Shown: piece by piece, positions 51,501-61,000 of the stretch | Position numbering within the stretch: the first letter of the stretch is position 1 | How the letters are laid out: every line of letters starts with the position of its first letter | Source of the DNA: a virus | Lineage: Duplodnaviria > Caudoviricetes | DNA: 64,000 bases | Virus record (IMG/VR): IMGVR_UViG_2595698393_000001 | Span: 11,995 to 75,994 of that record | Direction: 5' to 3' (one strand) | Made by a program: the position numbers and the translations under genes | Notes under the pieces: generated by a model | What the model was told of the DNA's origin: nothing | Database searches by the model: none | What the model saw: the letters and a program-made list of their open reading frames with translations, nothing else

Positions 51501-53425
51501 AATTAAACTTTAAATTATTAGAAAAACAGAACGGACCTATACAATTCTTATTTACAAGAGATAGAAATATAGTTGTTTGGCAGGGAGATAAAGCCGGATA
51601 TGTTTTATTTGGAAGAGATTTGCTTACAATGGCTAACGGAGATACTGTTATTTCTGGAACCCCTGAAATATTAGGTGAATATGTTCCATACCAAGGAGAA
51701 AACGGATGTGGAGAAAATCCAGAAAGTATTGCATGGGATTCTTATAGATTCTACTATGTAAATCCCAAAATGGGAACACCAATTAGACTATCTATTGACG
51801 GTACCAGTGAGATAAACTATGGAATGGTAAATTTCTTTAGAGAGTTATTCATTAATAACCCTAGTTCTAAAAAATTAGGTGGATATGATCCATACCACAA
51901 AAAATATGTTTTATCAACAGAAGATGAAGACTTAACAGTATTCAACGCTTATTGCGGAAACACAATAACAAAAGACATTACTGAGGCTTTTACATACATA
52001 TTGAATCTAAACAATTTATCAGGAGAAGTTTCTTTAAACTACAATATTACTTCGGGCAACGCGACAATACAAGCTGTGTTTGATAATGACATATCAGTAT
52101 TAAGTAATGTAACTGGCTCCGGAGTATTAACGTTCGATAGAGATAACTTAAATGTAGATACGGCAACAATCACAGTTACTCCAATAACGGATAGCGCGAC
52201 TATACAATTAACAAACAATTGTCCGGTTGGCTCCGCTATGAAATTAATAACAATTGTTACTAATGATGAAGGAGATATTGGAGATACGATAATAAACAGA
52301 TTCAAAAAAGCTTCTGGAACATATTATGGAGGTACACATTATTTTGAATTAGCTCCGGTTAGCGAGTTTACGGTAGAATCAGGAACAGAAGGAGTTGGAA
52401 AATTCCCTTCAAGTGGTGAAACAATAACATTACAATCATTTAAAGATACCCTAAGTACTGCATTTTTTAACGAAGCACAATTAAATAGACTTGGATATTT
52501 AGTATCTAGCACACTTTATACTCAAGCTCAAATAAATACTATTTTAGCGGCAGCAAACTACTTATCAATAACCAAAAACATTGTATCTGCTAATTCAGAA
52601 ACCAACACAGGAAGTTTTGTTTTTAATAGACCTAATTCAAACGAAAACCTTTATTTGATTTTTGATTATGAAGATAAAAACGAAGCTCCAATAGCGGTTG
52701 CCGATTCAGTTAGTGTAAACAAAGGAGATTCTGTTATAATTAACGTACTAGATAACGATTCAGATCCAGATGGAGACGATTTAACAGTTATAATTGTTAC
52801 ACAACCTTTATACGGAACAGCAGTTTTAAATGCTAACGGAACCATAACATATAGTCACAACGGAAGTGATAACCTAACTGACATTATTACATACAAAGTA
52901 AACGATGGTAACGAAGACAGTAACACCGTTTCAGTAGATATATCAGTAGGAGTTGATTGTAGCGCAGGAATAACAGCTAGTGGAGGTATCGGTATATACG
53001 AGGCTATTATTGTACTAGGAACAGGATTAGGTTCTTCTGGAATATCATATAATGCATATTCTATTCCTGATAGATTCCAAATAGAGTATGATGGAGTTAT
53101 AGTAGCTGATTCTAAATTTGTCGGAAGTGGAATTACAGGTGATCCATCTACATATAATGTCAATGGAAACAACATACTTGGAACACATGAGGATTTGCCT
53201 GTATATGGTTTTAACGGAGTTGGTTTTGATGTGACAGGAGAAAACAGGACTGTTACGGTTGTTCAGAATGATATTGCTAATGGAACAACAGAGCCTAGAG
53301 GTGGAGTAGGTTCTATCACTTTTAATAAAACAACAGCAACTCCAACAACAATGAAAATAATAATAACTGCTCCTATTGGTTCTACATCTTGGAACTTATC
53401 AGGAATTTGTCCATCAAACGTATAA
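48584..53425 (+). CDS. Tail stabilization/muzzle protein with C-terminal Ig/cadherin-like domain
   Basis: GRMNLDIDNRLL..GDYREATNI...GAIEN; GGYDPYHKKYVL; NEAPIAVADSVSV...NVLDNDSDPDGD. Confidence 0.78.
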   Translation: MKKSFVNGRMNLDIDNRLLEDGDYREATNIEVVNSEGSDVGAIENSLSNKKLTSIDFGSNPIEIGKYEDEFRDNLYWFVKSDTGTFLIEWDETNKVSSTVLKDTRTEDVDRVLNIKEDFLITGIVKVLSEDPEKDLLMWTDNNMNICCINISRAKTWGENNFEEEDIFLIKKQPKFAPKITPTYSSEESNYLEEIFMSFGYRYKYLDGERSAVSTYSNYNFNPGKFKMDYQSMENIGMVNAFNAARITFDTGPKQVTDIEIISKQSNSNNLYLITSFNKEEEGWADDVDKNYVFSNNKIYQILAEKELYRTFDNVPRKAKALTLTENIPTIGNYVEGYDIVDEDDNSIKMDYTIDVKSNDVSGEELSNSIGATETTFTFTIPTTIELNQNTRLIFNLDLGNSLYDGEYLDTLEYILTEDFDNAAGLAANDDFKFFIGTILTAKFITEYDIDVDDAWTLSSNIPFSVSGSTTTTITIKAITLVYTVDDTPNDPGDNPTNTHTENLLFKFNSGSSAFFSNVETVSSCKTNREYEVGIIYQDKWGRKSTVLTSLNNTIYIPQELSTLQNKLLININHNAPYWADSYKLVVKSDALQYQTIYATVYYPDGVYRWVKLEGANRDKVNEGDTLIVKSDLNGPITSLLKTRVLEVVNKDKDFIEGNTDSEDNDIIEESGLYMKIKPSGYDMSYSENAIINIDQVRSAGKNRQEKFINENILEAFFGDEAKRTAWKNSTDNNDLKKPAVVIKDFNSYSEDGTFENAIEIVAGSKINIFLKVAEDGNGPDFNKEYIVASTYDNIKDWWEEEVVDLGSVDDEFDINFEEVGGEVRILIQGDNTGSPASKKQSVLTVVIDAILVEGLVVFETETKQSEDFKFYETEQTFEIIDGKHQGNSQNQTSSLPAIIDLDFFNCYVQGNGVESFRIKDAANSNFLNIDLKPTATSIEKYKETRRFADLTYGEGYVEETNMNGLNVFNTSQLNFKLLEKQNGPIQFLFTRDRNIVVWQGDKAGYVLFGRDLLTMANGDTVISGTPEILGEYVPYQGENGCGENPESIAWDSYRFYYVNPKMGTPIRLSIDGTSEINYGMVNFFRELFINNPSSKKLGGYDPYHKKYVLSTEDEDLTVFNAYCGNTITKDITEAFTYILNLNNLSGEVSLNYNITSGNATIQAVFDNDISVLSNVTGSGVLTFDRDNLNVDTATITVTPITDSATIQLTNNCPVGSAMKLITIVTNDEGDIGDTIINRFKKASGTYYGGTHYFELAPVSEFTVESGTEGVGKFPSSGETITLQSFKDTLSTAFFNEAQLNRLGYLVSSTLYTQAQINTILAAANYLSITKNIVSANSETNTGSFVFNRPNSNENLYLIFDYEDKNEAPIAVADSVSVNKGDSVIINVLDNDSDPDGDDLTVIIVTQPLYGTAVLNANGTITYSHNGSDNLTDIITYKVNDGNEDSNTVSVDISVGVDCSAGITASGGIGIYEAIIVLGTGLGSSGISYNAYSIPDRFQIEYDGVIVADSKFVGSGITGDPSTYNVNGNNILGTHEDLPVYGFNGVGFDVTGENRTVTVVQNDIANGTTEPRGGVGSITFNKTTATPTTMKIIITAPIGSTSWNLSGICPSNV

Positions 53426-53428
53426 ACT

Positions 53429-54154
53429 ATGCCAAAGACAATAACGTATTCAGAAAAAAATAAAGGATGGACTAGTTTCTTTGACTTCTATCCTGGTTTG
53501 TTGTGCAATCTAAACAACCGATTCTTTAGCATAAAGGAAGGCCAACTTTATTTACACAACGACAAGGATAATTCCACTAGAAACAATTTCTATGGGGAGC
53601 AATTTAATTCCAAGATAAAAACTGTTTTAAACGAGGCTCCAAGTCAAGACAAGGTTTTTAAAAACTTAATACTAGAAGGAGATCATTCATGGAGGGGGAA
53701 TTTAAAAACTAACTATTCAGAATCAACAATTGAGAAGTCGGAGTTTAACGCAATAGAATCAAGACACTTTGCTTATTTACGCAAAAACGAAGACGAAACC
53801 GATTTAAACGGAGGTTCTGCGGTGGGCGTAGGTGTTATACAAAGTGTAACTGGAAGCAATATAACTTTTACGGGAATATCTAACGCTATAAACATCGGAG
53901 ACAACTTATATCAGATAAACGGAAGTGAAAACGAACTGATTGGTGAAATAATAGATAATGCAAATGGAATATTAACAATAGACACATTCACCACTACCCC
54001 TGTTAACGGATATTTTTGTTTCGCTAAAAAAGATTCAAGAATTGAAGGCGGTGAAATACGCGGTTACTACATGGAGGTTGAATTAGAAAACACAGATACC
54101 GAAGCTGTAGAGTTATTCGCAATTGAAAGTACTACAATTAAAAGCTACGTGTAA
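53429..54154 (+). CDS. Tail protein (muzzle C-terminal-like module)
   Basis: TITYSEKNKGWTSFFDFYP...RNNFYGEQF...IRGYYMEVEL. Confidence 0.65.
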   Translation: MPKTITYSEKNKGWTSFFDFYPGLLCNLNNRFFSIKEGQLYLHNDKDNSTRNNFYGEQFNSKIKTVLNEAPSQDKVFKNLILEGDHSWRGNLKTNYSESTIEKSEFNAIESRHFAYLRKNEDETDLNGGSAVGVGVIQSVTGSNITFTGISNAINIGDNLYQINGSENELIGEIIDNANGILTIDTFTTTPVNGYFCFAKKDSRIEGGEIRGYYMEVELENTDTEAVELFAIESTTIKSYV

Positions 54155-54165
54155 TGAAAACAAGA

Positions 54166-55207
54166 TTATTTTATTATTTTAATTAGTTCTGTAGCATTTA
54201 TACTACCCTTAATAAAACCAGTTTTTAAATATGAATCAATTAGATTATGATTTGTTGCAGATGAAAAAACAATGCGTCCACCAGAGTTTTTTATTTTCTC
54301 AGTTAAAGCTATAAGTAATGTATTTATAGCTTTTTTTCTAATTTTAGAATCTTTTACTTTTGGATTTGAAACTATCCATTCTAACCAAAAAAGACTAGAT
54401 GAAGATGTGGCATAAATAAAACCAGAACAAATAGGAATATTATTAAATTCAACCATTATTCCATTTTCAACATCATCTGGATATATTGACCTTTCAGGCA
54501 TTTGAAATCTCCAAAATTTATGCCAATCATTAATCATAACAAAATCTTTTACAGAAAAAAACCTGCAATTAAACTCTGTATAAACAAATTCCCAGTAAAA
54601 ATTCTTGTAATCATTTCTTAAACCTCTACACGATCTAGATATTTCATCTGGATTAAATCCAGTTTCCCTTTTAGCTTGACTAAGCGAAACAAAAAAACCT
54701 ACTAAATCACCTTTTTTATTAAACTGAATAACAGATTTACAATCCTTAGTTGTTCCATAATTTTTTTAATAAAAACCTCTTTATTTAGGTTATCCTCATA
54801 TGTTAACACTTGAATATTTGAAAAACTATATCCTTCATTATTTTTTATTCTATCTACAGTTGGCATTAATTTTTTAATAAAACCAGAATCTTTCCATTTT
54901 TCAAACATAGTCATGAAACTAGGTTCTGACAATAGCCATGATCTCAATTCCAACATACTATATTCTGGAGGTAAATGATTTCTTTTTTTGAGTTTATTTT
55001 CTGGTTTTTATACATCTGGTTTATTAAACCAAAAACACCTTTAGTATTATCTAGTCTTTCTTCTGGACGAAGCATAACTCTAGTTGACTTATCTTTCCTA
55101 TTGGAATCGCAGGACTTGCATATATTATTATATCCATCACTCCTAGATTTATTTTTACTAAAAAAAGTTTTTTCTTTTATAGATTTACATCTTCCGCAAA
55201 CTTTCAT
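54166..55207 (-). CDS. Zn-finger/HNH-like + NUMOD1 + GNAT-like fusion, broken by two 1-nt frameshifts
   Basis: CGRC..CKSC; PTVDRIKNNEGYSFSNIQ; SVIQFNKKGDLVGFFVSLSQAKRETG is in frame with PICSGFIY..WLEWIVSNP. Confidence 0.6.
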
Positions 55208-55349
55208 ATTATTTGTTTTAAAATTAGCTAGTCTTTCCTAGCAGTCATATTGACCTATCCCTTAAGCTATTAATCTCGACTAGCGAGGGGGATTCGAACC
55301 CCATTTAGATACCAATTCTCAATAAACGAGCAGAATCGAACTGCATTAG

Positions 55350-55421
55350 AGTTGTTGGTGAGATTCGAACTCACGATATTAGTTTTGCAGACTAACCTCT
55401 TAACCACTTGAGTACAACAAC
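55350..55421 (-). tRNA. tRNA-Cys (GCA)
   Basis: GTTGTTG/CAACAAC acceptor stem, U discriminator, D-arm CTC/GAG, TTAGT-CTGCAAA-ACTAA anticodon arm, GTGAG-TTCGAAT-CTCAC T-arm. Confidence 0.92.
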
Positions 55422-55488
55422 ATAAAATATCCAAAAAACAATATTTTACACTTCTCTGTTATTTTAATGATTTATTTTTATCAAATTT

Positions 55489-55523
55489 AAAAGCTAGTCT
55501 ATTAATTTAGACTAGCTTTTTTT
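55489..55523. terminator. Intrinsic terminator (A/T tails on both sides)
   Basis: AAAAGCTAGTCTA/TAGACTAGCTTTT. Confidence 0.75.
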
Positions 55524-55526
55524 GTT

Positions 55527-55730
55527 TTAGTTCTCTTCGTAAGTATATTGATGAGAACATCTAGTTTCTACAGTTGTGTATGAAAATATCCATAAAAAAC
55601 TATTCTCAACCTCTACAGTTCTGCATATCCTTCTTGTGTCTGGATCCTTCGTTTGAGCATCTACGTTTGTAGGTGTTGCTGTAAATAACAATACGAACAA
55701 AGCTCCTAATAATAAAATTGATTTCTTCAT
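55527..55730 (-). CDS. Small secreted protein with two Cys
   Basis: Signal peptide ...PTNVDA|Q; own promoter TAGGTTTG near 55760. Confidence 0.65.
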   Translation of the reverse strand: MKKSILLLGALFVLLFTATPTNVDAQTKDPDTRRICRTVEVENSFLWIFSYTTVETRCSHQYTYEEN

Positions 55731-55871
55731 GATAACTGATTGTTTTTAGTTTGACACAAACCTACAATATTAAAATTAATATAACAATACTAAATATCTA
55801 TTACATAATACATTAGTATAATTAAAATTTATACTTAACTTTGTACTAAGTACATTTAAAATACAAAAATC

Positions 55872-56555
55872 ATGGCCGTAGGTACCGCAGCTTTGATTGC
55901 CGGAGGAATAGGAGCAGCACAAGGAGGCTTCCAATTATTTCAAGGAATCAAACAAACTAAAGAAGCAAAAGAAGCAGAAGCTAATTTTGAAAGACAAGAA
56001 TTAGAAAACGTATATGAAGACCAAGGTATTTCTACCATTGGATCTAATTTAATGCGCGAAGAATCTGGAAGAACTTCCGCTTCATTAGTCGATGCTTCAA
56101 GAAACGCAGGAATAAGAGGTGTTTTCGGAGCGATTCCAAAGATAGCCTCCCAAACAAATTCTCAAAATAGAGAATCACAATTATACCTAGACAACCAAGT
56201 TCAAAACAGAAACAGATTAGTTGCTCAGGATAATCAACGTATTCAGGGAATGCAAGAAGCTAGAGATAATCAAGAACTTCAGGGCATAGGTCAACTTAGG
56301 CAAACTGGTCAAGAAAACACATTTAGCGGAATCAGAGGCATTGGTAATGCCGGATCTTTAGTTGCTGCTAATATGGAAAGCGAGAGTGCTAATGCAGGTG
56401 GTTTACTTGATTCTGTAAAAGCATTAACTCCTAGTTCTGGAATAGTTTCTGGAAACACAAATATCACAGGTAACTTATCTGGTCTTCAAAGGTACCAACA
56501 AATGAAGCAGGAAGAAGAACTTTACAAATCATACTTAACAAGAGGCATAGTTTAA
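55872..56555 (+). CDS. Ejection/pilot protein
   Basis: Gly/Ala-rich hydrophobic N-terminus, Gln-rich coils, after the tail genes. Confidence 0.7.
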   Translation: MAVGTAALIAGGIGAAQGGFQLFQGIKQTKEAKEAEANFERQELENVYEDQGISTIGSNLMREESGRTSASLVDASRNAGIRGVFGAIPKIASQTNSQNRESQLYLDNQVQNRNRLVAQDNQRIQGMQEARDNQELQGIGQLRQTGQENTFSGIRGIGNAGSLVAANMESESANAGGLLDSVKALTPSSGIVSGNTNITGNLSGLQRYQQMKQEEELYKSYLTRGIV

Positions 56556-56556
56556 A

Positions 56557-58083
56557 ATGGCAGCACAAGGAAATAACGCAGCACACATTCAATCAAGAGG
56601 TCTTGGTGACGGAGTTTCCGAAGACATTAAGTATTGGAACCAAGATGCAGCACGCAGAAGAGAAGAAGGTCGTTTAAAAGATAACGAGGATTATAATAGA
56701 GCACAAAAAAAACGAGAAGAAGATAAGGCTTTTTACGAAAAAAATATTAAACCTTTAAACAATTGGGAAACAGGGGTTAAAAGCTTAACCGAACTACAAG
56801 CAAGGACTTTGCAGCAAGCAGCAGACGAAAGGTTTAATGTTATGGAGAAATTGAAAACAGAATCTCCAGGAAGTGAAAACTATATTAAACTATCCACAAA
56901 ACTTAGTGGATTAAATAGCGTTGTAGGCAAAATAAAGCCTTTTTCAGATAAAATAGCAGAACTAGTTCAAGAAGTAGAGGCAAATGTTAAGTCTGGAACA
57001 ATAAAAGACAACGACAAGGTTGCTAAATTCAGAAGTACAGTTCAAGATAGTTATGATTCTTATCAAACTGGATTTGATGATAACGGAGATTTAGTTATTG
57101 CCTATAGAGACATAAATGGTGATGGAGAAAACGACATTATAGGAACCGAATCATTTAACAACATTATGAATGGAGTCACAAGTTGGAAATTCGACCCTAA
57201 CTTTGACATTGACGGACTAGCAAAAGGAGCAGCAGCAGAATTAGGTAAAAACGAAGATGTTTCTGAATCTGGATATGTAACAGACACTATAATAGGCCCA
57301 CTAGAAGGAACACTTAGCGAAAAAGCAAAATCCATTATGGTTTCTCCAGGGGGAGGATTAACAAGTGAAGGAAAATCTTTTGCGCAAGATTTAGGATTAG
57401 ATCCGGATAAAGAAGAAACTATTACTGCGGTATTAGATGGTTTCAAACAAAAAATGGAAACATACGTAGATCGAACTAGGAAAAAAGAAGTAGACTATAG
57501 TGCGATAAATTCAGCAGGAAGATTAAATTTAGATAGACAAAAAGAAGGTAATAAGCAACCAAAAATTACAGAACCGGTTACACCTACTAATGAGACTTGG
57601 AACCTTTCTGCAAACAAGATTGATCCAAACAAAGTTAATAGCCTTGGAGTGTCAGGCGTGTCTTTAGATGCAATAAGAGACGGATCAGAAGTATTAAGTA
57701 ACGCAGAAGTTCAAAATGCGACATACAATAAGGATGGTAACATGGTTTTAGATGTTGTTGTTCCTAAGTACAAGTCAATGACTAGTCAGGATTATTCTGC
57801 ATTAGAAGCTAGAGCTTCAAGCGGAGACGCGGACGCTACAAGAGAATTAAGGTCAGCGAAAAGAGACGGAAAAGGTGGAGCACGAGTTGTTATACCAGGT
57901 CAAAACGAAAGAAAAGCAGTAGTAGTACCTAAAGAAGATGAAGCAAAAGTAGCTTCGGAAATGGGAGAAACTATAGAATCTCTTAAAGGTAAAATTTACA
58001 AAGATGAAGTTCCACAAAATTCTTCTACAAACAAAAAACAATTAACGGATTTTAATTATGTTGCAACCAACACCTCCAAATAA
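56557..58083 (+). CDS. Internal virion/ejection protein
   Basis: 508 aa helical protein in the ejection-gene position. Confidence 0.6.
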   Translation: MAAQGNNAAHIQSRGLGDGVSEDIKYWNQDAARRREEGRLKDNEDYNRAQKKREEDKAFYEKNIKPLNNWETGVKSLTELQARTLQQAADERFNVMEKLKTESPGSENYIKLSTKLSGLNSVVGKIKPFSDKIAELVQEVEANVKSGTIKDNDKVAKFRSTVQDSYDSYQTGFDDNGDLVIAYRDINGDGENDIIGTESFNNIMNGVTSWKFDPNFDIDGLAKGAAAELGKNEDVSESGYVTDTIIGPLEGTLSEKAKSIMVSPGGGLTSEGKSFAQDLGLDPDKEETITAVLDGFKQKMETYVDRTRKKEVDYSAINSAGRLNLDRQKEGNKQPKITEPVTPTNETWNLSANKIDPNKVNSLGVSGVSLDAIRDGSEVLSNAEVQNATYNKDGNMVLDVVVPKYKSMTSQDYSALEARASSGDADATRELRSAKRDGKGGARVVIPGQNERKAVVVPKEDEAKVASEMGETIESLKGKIYKDEVPQNSSTNKKQLTDFNYVATNTSK

Positions 58084-61000
58084 ATCAAAAGTTTTATACG
58101 ATGCAGTTTCTAAGGATTATGATTTAGGAACGTATGAAGAGTTTGAGACTAAACTTCAAGATCCAAGTAAAAGAAAAGCTTTTTACGAAGGTGTTGGATC
58201 AGAATATTCTTTAGGTTCTTACGACGATTTTGAGACTAAAATAACATCTTCATTAAAAAAAAAGACGTTTCAGAATCTACTTCTCAAAATCAGCAATCGG
58301 TTTCGGGGCCAGTTCCAGAAGTTGGTTCTTCGGATGGTGCACAAAGTAATGATCCATTTGAGTTATTAAGAACAGAGCCATTGAATCCTGAGAAACAGGA
58401 AAAAAATGACTTGTACGATAGATACACCAAAGCGTCTGAATTAAGAGACGACCAATTATCTGAAATAGACAATTCTTTAAAAACACAAGAACGAACTGAT
58501 AAGTTTAAAAATTCTTTTGCCGCAAAACTATTTGGTATTAGCGGCTCTTCTGCATTTGAAACAGGTAAATCAAAAGAAGACCTAGAAAAAGAAGCTATAA
58601 ACAGAAATAAAGAAGAGTTTTTTGAAACATTATCAAAAGAAGAACTTACTGATTTACAAAGACAAGAATACAGTAAGATAGAAAAATTAAATACTGAAAA
58701 CAAGTCCAGAATATGGGACAATAATAAGTACGACGAGCAACGTAATGCTATTGACCAAGAAATGAACGCTATTTCTCAAGGAATATGGTCGGCATTAGAA
58801 AAAGGAGAGCAGCCAAATGTTCAGGCTTACGCAAAATTAGACGAACTAAAATACCAAAAAGATAGTCTAGGAGCTAAGATGAATCTAAATATTTCTGATT
58901 ATGAAAAATCACAAGAAGACTTACAAGGATTCAACGAAGAATTGGATTTATTCAAAACTAATTGGGGGCTATGGGAGAGCACTAAAAAATCAATAGGACT
59001 TCAGGGAACTAAAGGACTTTTAGGTGTGACCAAAACAGCAACAAACTTATTTCCGGACGCACTTAAACCGGTAGCTCAAACAATAGATGATAAAATTAAT
59101 GAAACTCTTGATATTGTAGACGAAGAGCAATCTGGTATTAGAAAATCTAAATCAATAAACGATGTAAAGTCTTACGAGGATTTTGGAGAATTTTTCGTGG
59201 AGACATTAGGAGAACAATCTATCCCATTGGTTGCTGCAGCAAGTGGAACAGGCGGTATTATGTATTTAGGATCATCTTCTTTTGGAGGTAAGCAATCAGA
59301 ACTAGAGCGAGAGATAACTAAAGACGGCAAAAACTACTCACAAACTCAAATACTAGCTGCTAGTGCTTCAAGTGCTTTATTCGATACCGCAGGAGCTTTA
59401 GTAGATAGATATGCCATGATGAAGGGAGCTAGAGCGTTGAAGGCTGGAATAAGTTCAGGAGGAAGGAAAGCAATTGAAAGCGGAGTTTCAAAATATTTAA
59501 AACCGGTAGCAGCAGAGTTAACGGAAGAAACTAGCGCGTTATTAGGTAGTCAAATAGTAGATTATTACGGATTAGATAAAAAAGACACAAAAATTGGTGC
59601 CGATTTAGCCAACACGATAGCTAAAACGGGTATAACTGTGGGGTTAATGAATACAATTCCTACAGTTATTGGAGACGCAATGGGTGCATACCATACAAGA
59701 CAAAAAAAGTCAAGGATAAAAGAGAACTTAGAAACTATATCTAAAATGCAAAAGCAATTAGATAGTGGTAGTGATTTCACTGAGTTGGAAAAAAACTCTA
59801 TCTTGTCTGCGATAGATAAAGCTACAAAAGAAAATTTTGAGCTACTTAAGAATACTTCTGAAGCTGTAGTTAAATTATCTGATAAGGATAGGGAAAAAGT
59901 TTCTGCACTAGATGGTGAAATAAATGATTCAAAAAAATCTATTGTAGAGATAAATGAATCTGAAAAGATAGACGCAGAAGCTAAAGAAAAACTTATTGAA
60001 GATTTTACAGAAAAAATTGAGGTTAAAGAAACTCAAAAAGAAGAAATACTAAATAAAGATACGGATGCCGAAACAGAGACGAACGCCACAGAAACAGAAA
60101 AGCCAACGGTGGAAGAAACAACACCTGAAAATCAAGAATCCACAACACAAGAAGCAGTAGAAGACACACCTTCTACAACGGTTGAACTAAATCCAGAGAA
60201 TACCAATGAAACAACACAGGAACAAAATACTGCTACTGATGGAGATATTCAGCCTGGAACTGACACAAACACACAACAAGAGCAAGAAAGTTCAGCACAA
60301 CCCACCGTTGAACCTACAGCAAGTGAAACAGAGGTTAAGCAACCAACAACAAAAAGAGTAAACCCTAAAGGAGTAAAGGGTGAATTTGATGTTGAATTAG
60401 ACGCAAATGGAACAGTTACAAGTATAAAAACAAACGACGGCAGAGAGGTTCCTAAATTTGTAAATAGAAAGGTTAAGGTATCTAAACAAAATCCAAAAGG
60501 ATTAAAGCCGGTTAAGAATGCAAACTATTCCAGAATAGAAGCAGAAGCTATTGGTTCTAAAACTGAAAACGCCATAAGAGACGAAAACAATGCTGCAACA
60601 AACGAAGCTGTTTCTACATTTGAACCTACAACTCCTTATGAAGCGGCATTAAAATACATGGCCGACGGAGGAAGAGTTAAATTAAATGACGCTAAATCAC
60701 AAGGACAAGGATCTAAAGGAGGTAAATGGGCAGCAGGATTTAATAAAGAATCAGATTTACCAACTATTGAACGAGCTTCAGAAATAATTGCCGAAAGTTC
60801 TGGATTAAGCGATATAGACCAACAAGAAATAAGAGACGCATTAGAATCTATCGTTAGAGAAAACGGTAGTATTGACGATGTGCGTCAAAAAATAGTTGAA
60901 TTAAGAAATGAAAAAGAAGTAGAAGCGCAACAAGCGGAGTTGGACGCGTTTAAAAACTCACTTAGCCAAGAAGATTTCGCTGTTTTAGAATCTATTGAAG

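Noticed and set aside
55230-55349. Theta/HDV-like ribozyme after the tRNA
   Set aside because: Could not build the P1/P2/P3 nested double pseudoknot.
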